This document shows positions 63,250 through 64,000 of a DNA stretch of 64,000 bases, piece after piece. Source of the stretch: Eimeria praecox (Eukaryota); assembly GCA_963920595.1 (NCBI GenBank), contig OY986949.1, positions 310,001 to 374,000 on the forward strand. The letters are read 5' to 3'. The number at the start of each line of letters is the position of its first letter. Position 1 is the first letter of the stretch. The translations under genes were made by a program, and so were the position numbers. The notes beneath the pieces are model-generated. The model saw only the letters and a program-made list of their open reading frames with translations, was not told where the DNA came from and made no database searches.

Positions 63250-64000
63250 CTGAAACACAAAGCCTATATTTCAAATGCGGCATAAGCTGTCCTGACCACG
63301 TCACTATTCGCGCAAAACGCAGAGCACGTATGCTAGTGCAGGGCAATACTGTGTGCCATCTCTCCAACAAAAGGATGTTAACAACTTCCGCAGCGAGCGA
63401 ACGAAAAGGGAAAACACAAGACACTACAGGAACCCCTGCCAGCATCATCCCAGCAACAGCAGCACACCAGCCATACGACGCGAAGGCGATGCCAGACATT
63501 CAGCAAGCCGCATTAACTCTGCAATCCCAGAAGCAAGGAACCAAGCGCAACTAACCCTTCTGCTCTGCAGCTGATATATCATATCGCCTCTCATATTCAC
63601 CTTTTCACGACGCTGAGCAGACTAAGAGCTCGAGGCGTCGGCTTTAGGCCGTTACACAGCAATGCAAACACTTGCAACGACACACTGCAAAACCAGCAGG
63701 TCCACTCTCCTGACTCCAGCATCCTGCCGACGTGAACTGCTCGATAGCTACCTTATTAGAACGTCTGCCGTAAACGCCACAGCCCCATATCAACCGCTAA
63801 CTCCAGAGAAGTTCGTATCTTTATAACGCAGGTTCATACGTGCCCAAGGAGGAAGGGAACTTCTAAAGCTGCATTTCCGTGCCGCGAGCCACGCTCTAAT
63901 CGCGGGCCCATATTAAGTGTCATGAGGCTTCAAGTCTTCGCACATCCTGCATTGCGCCAAATCATGATCTGCCACTTCCCCTGCAGTAAGCATGCGCATT

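Noticed and set aside
106..63574. The ORFs of 60-185 aa in the six-frame track as real genes
   Set aside because: They are short, overlap in all frames, are Cys/Arg/His-rich like translated non-coding DNA, and show no recognisable domain. Repeated ORFs simply mirror DNA duplications.
1..64000. tRNA, rRNA or other structured RNA genes
   Set aside because: I recognised no cloverleaf or rRNA signature by eye. A covariance-model scan would be needed to exclude small ncRNAs.

Overview
Eukaryotic, intron-rich DNA of roughly balanced GC with no credible long ORF; none of the ORF-track proteins resembles a family I recognise. The donor usage (GTACGC/GTGCGT/GTATGC) and frequent TGCATG(CA) words suggest a coccidian apicomplexan such as Eimeria, but that is a guess. 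The dominant signal is on the minus strand: a splice acceptor (YAG, sometimes AAG) followed exactly 3 nt later by a donor (GTRNG), recurring about every 250 nt. By eye I count about 85 such sites between 30,098 and 56,127. Read as single-codon exons they spell a stop-free, Ala/Glu/Arg/Asp/Gln-rich helical peptide. Similar 3-nt exons occur more sparsely at 58-63 kb and inside the nested tandem/segmental duplications at 1-28 kb. There, paralogous copies keep the splice dinucleotides and the 3-nt gap while the codon changes. Tandem repeats of 851 bp and 550 bp duplicate whole exon-intron cassettes. The best reading is one or more giant 'one-codon-per-exon' micro-exon genes. This is inferred from genomic sequence only and needs transcript evidence. 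Start and stop exons are not securely located, and all counts are manual.
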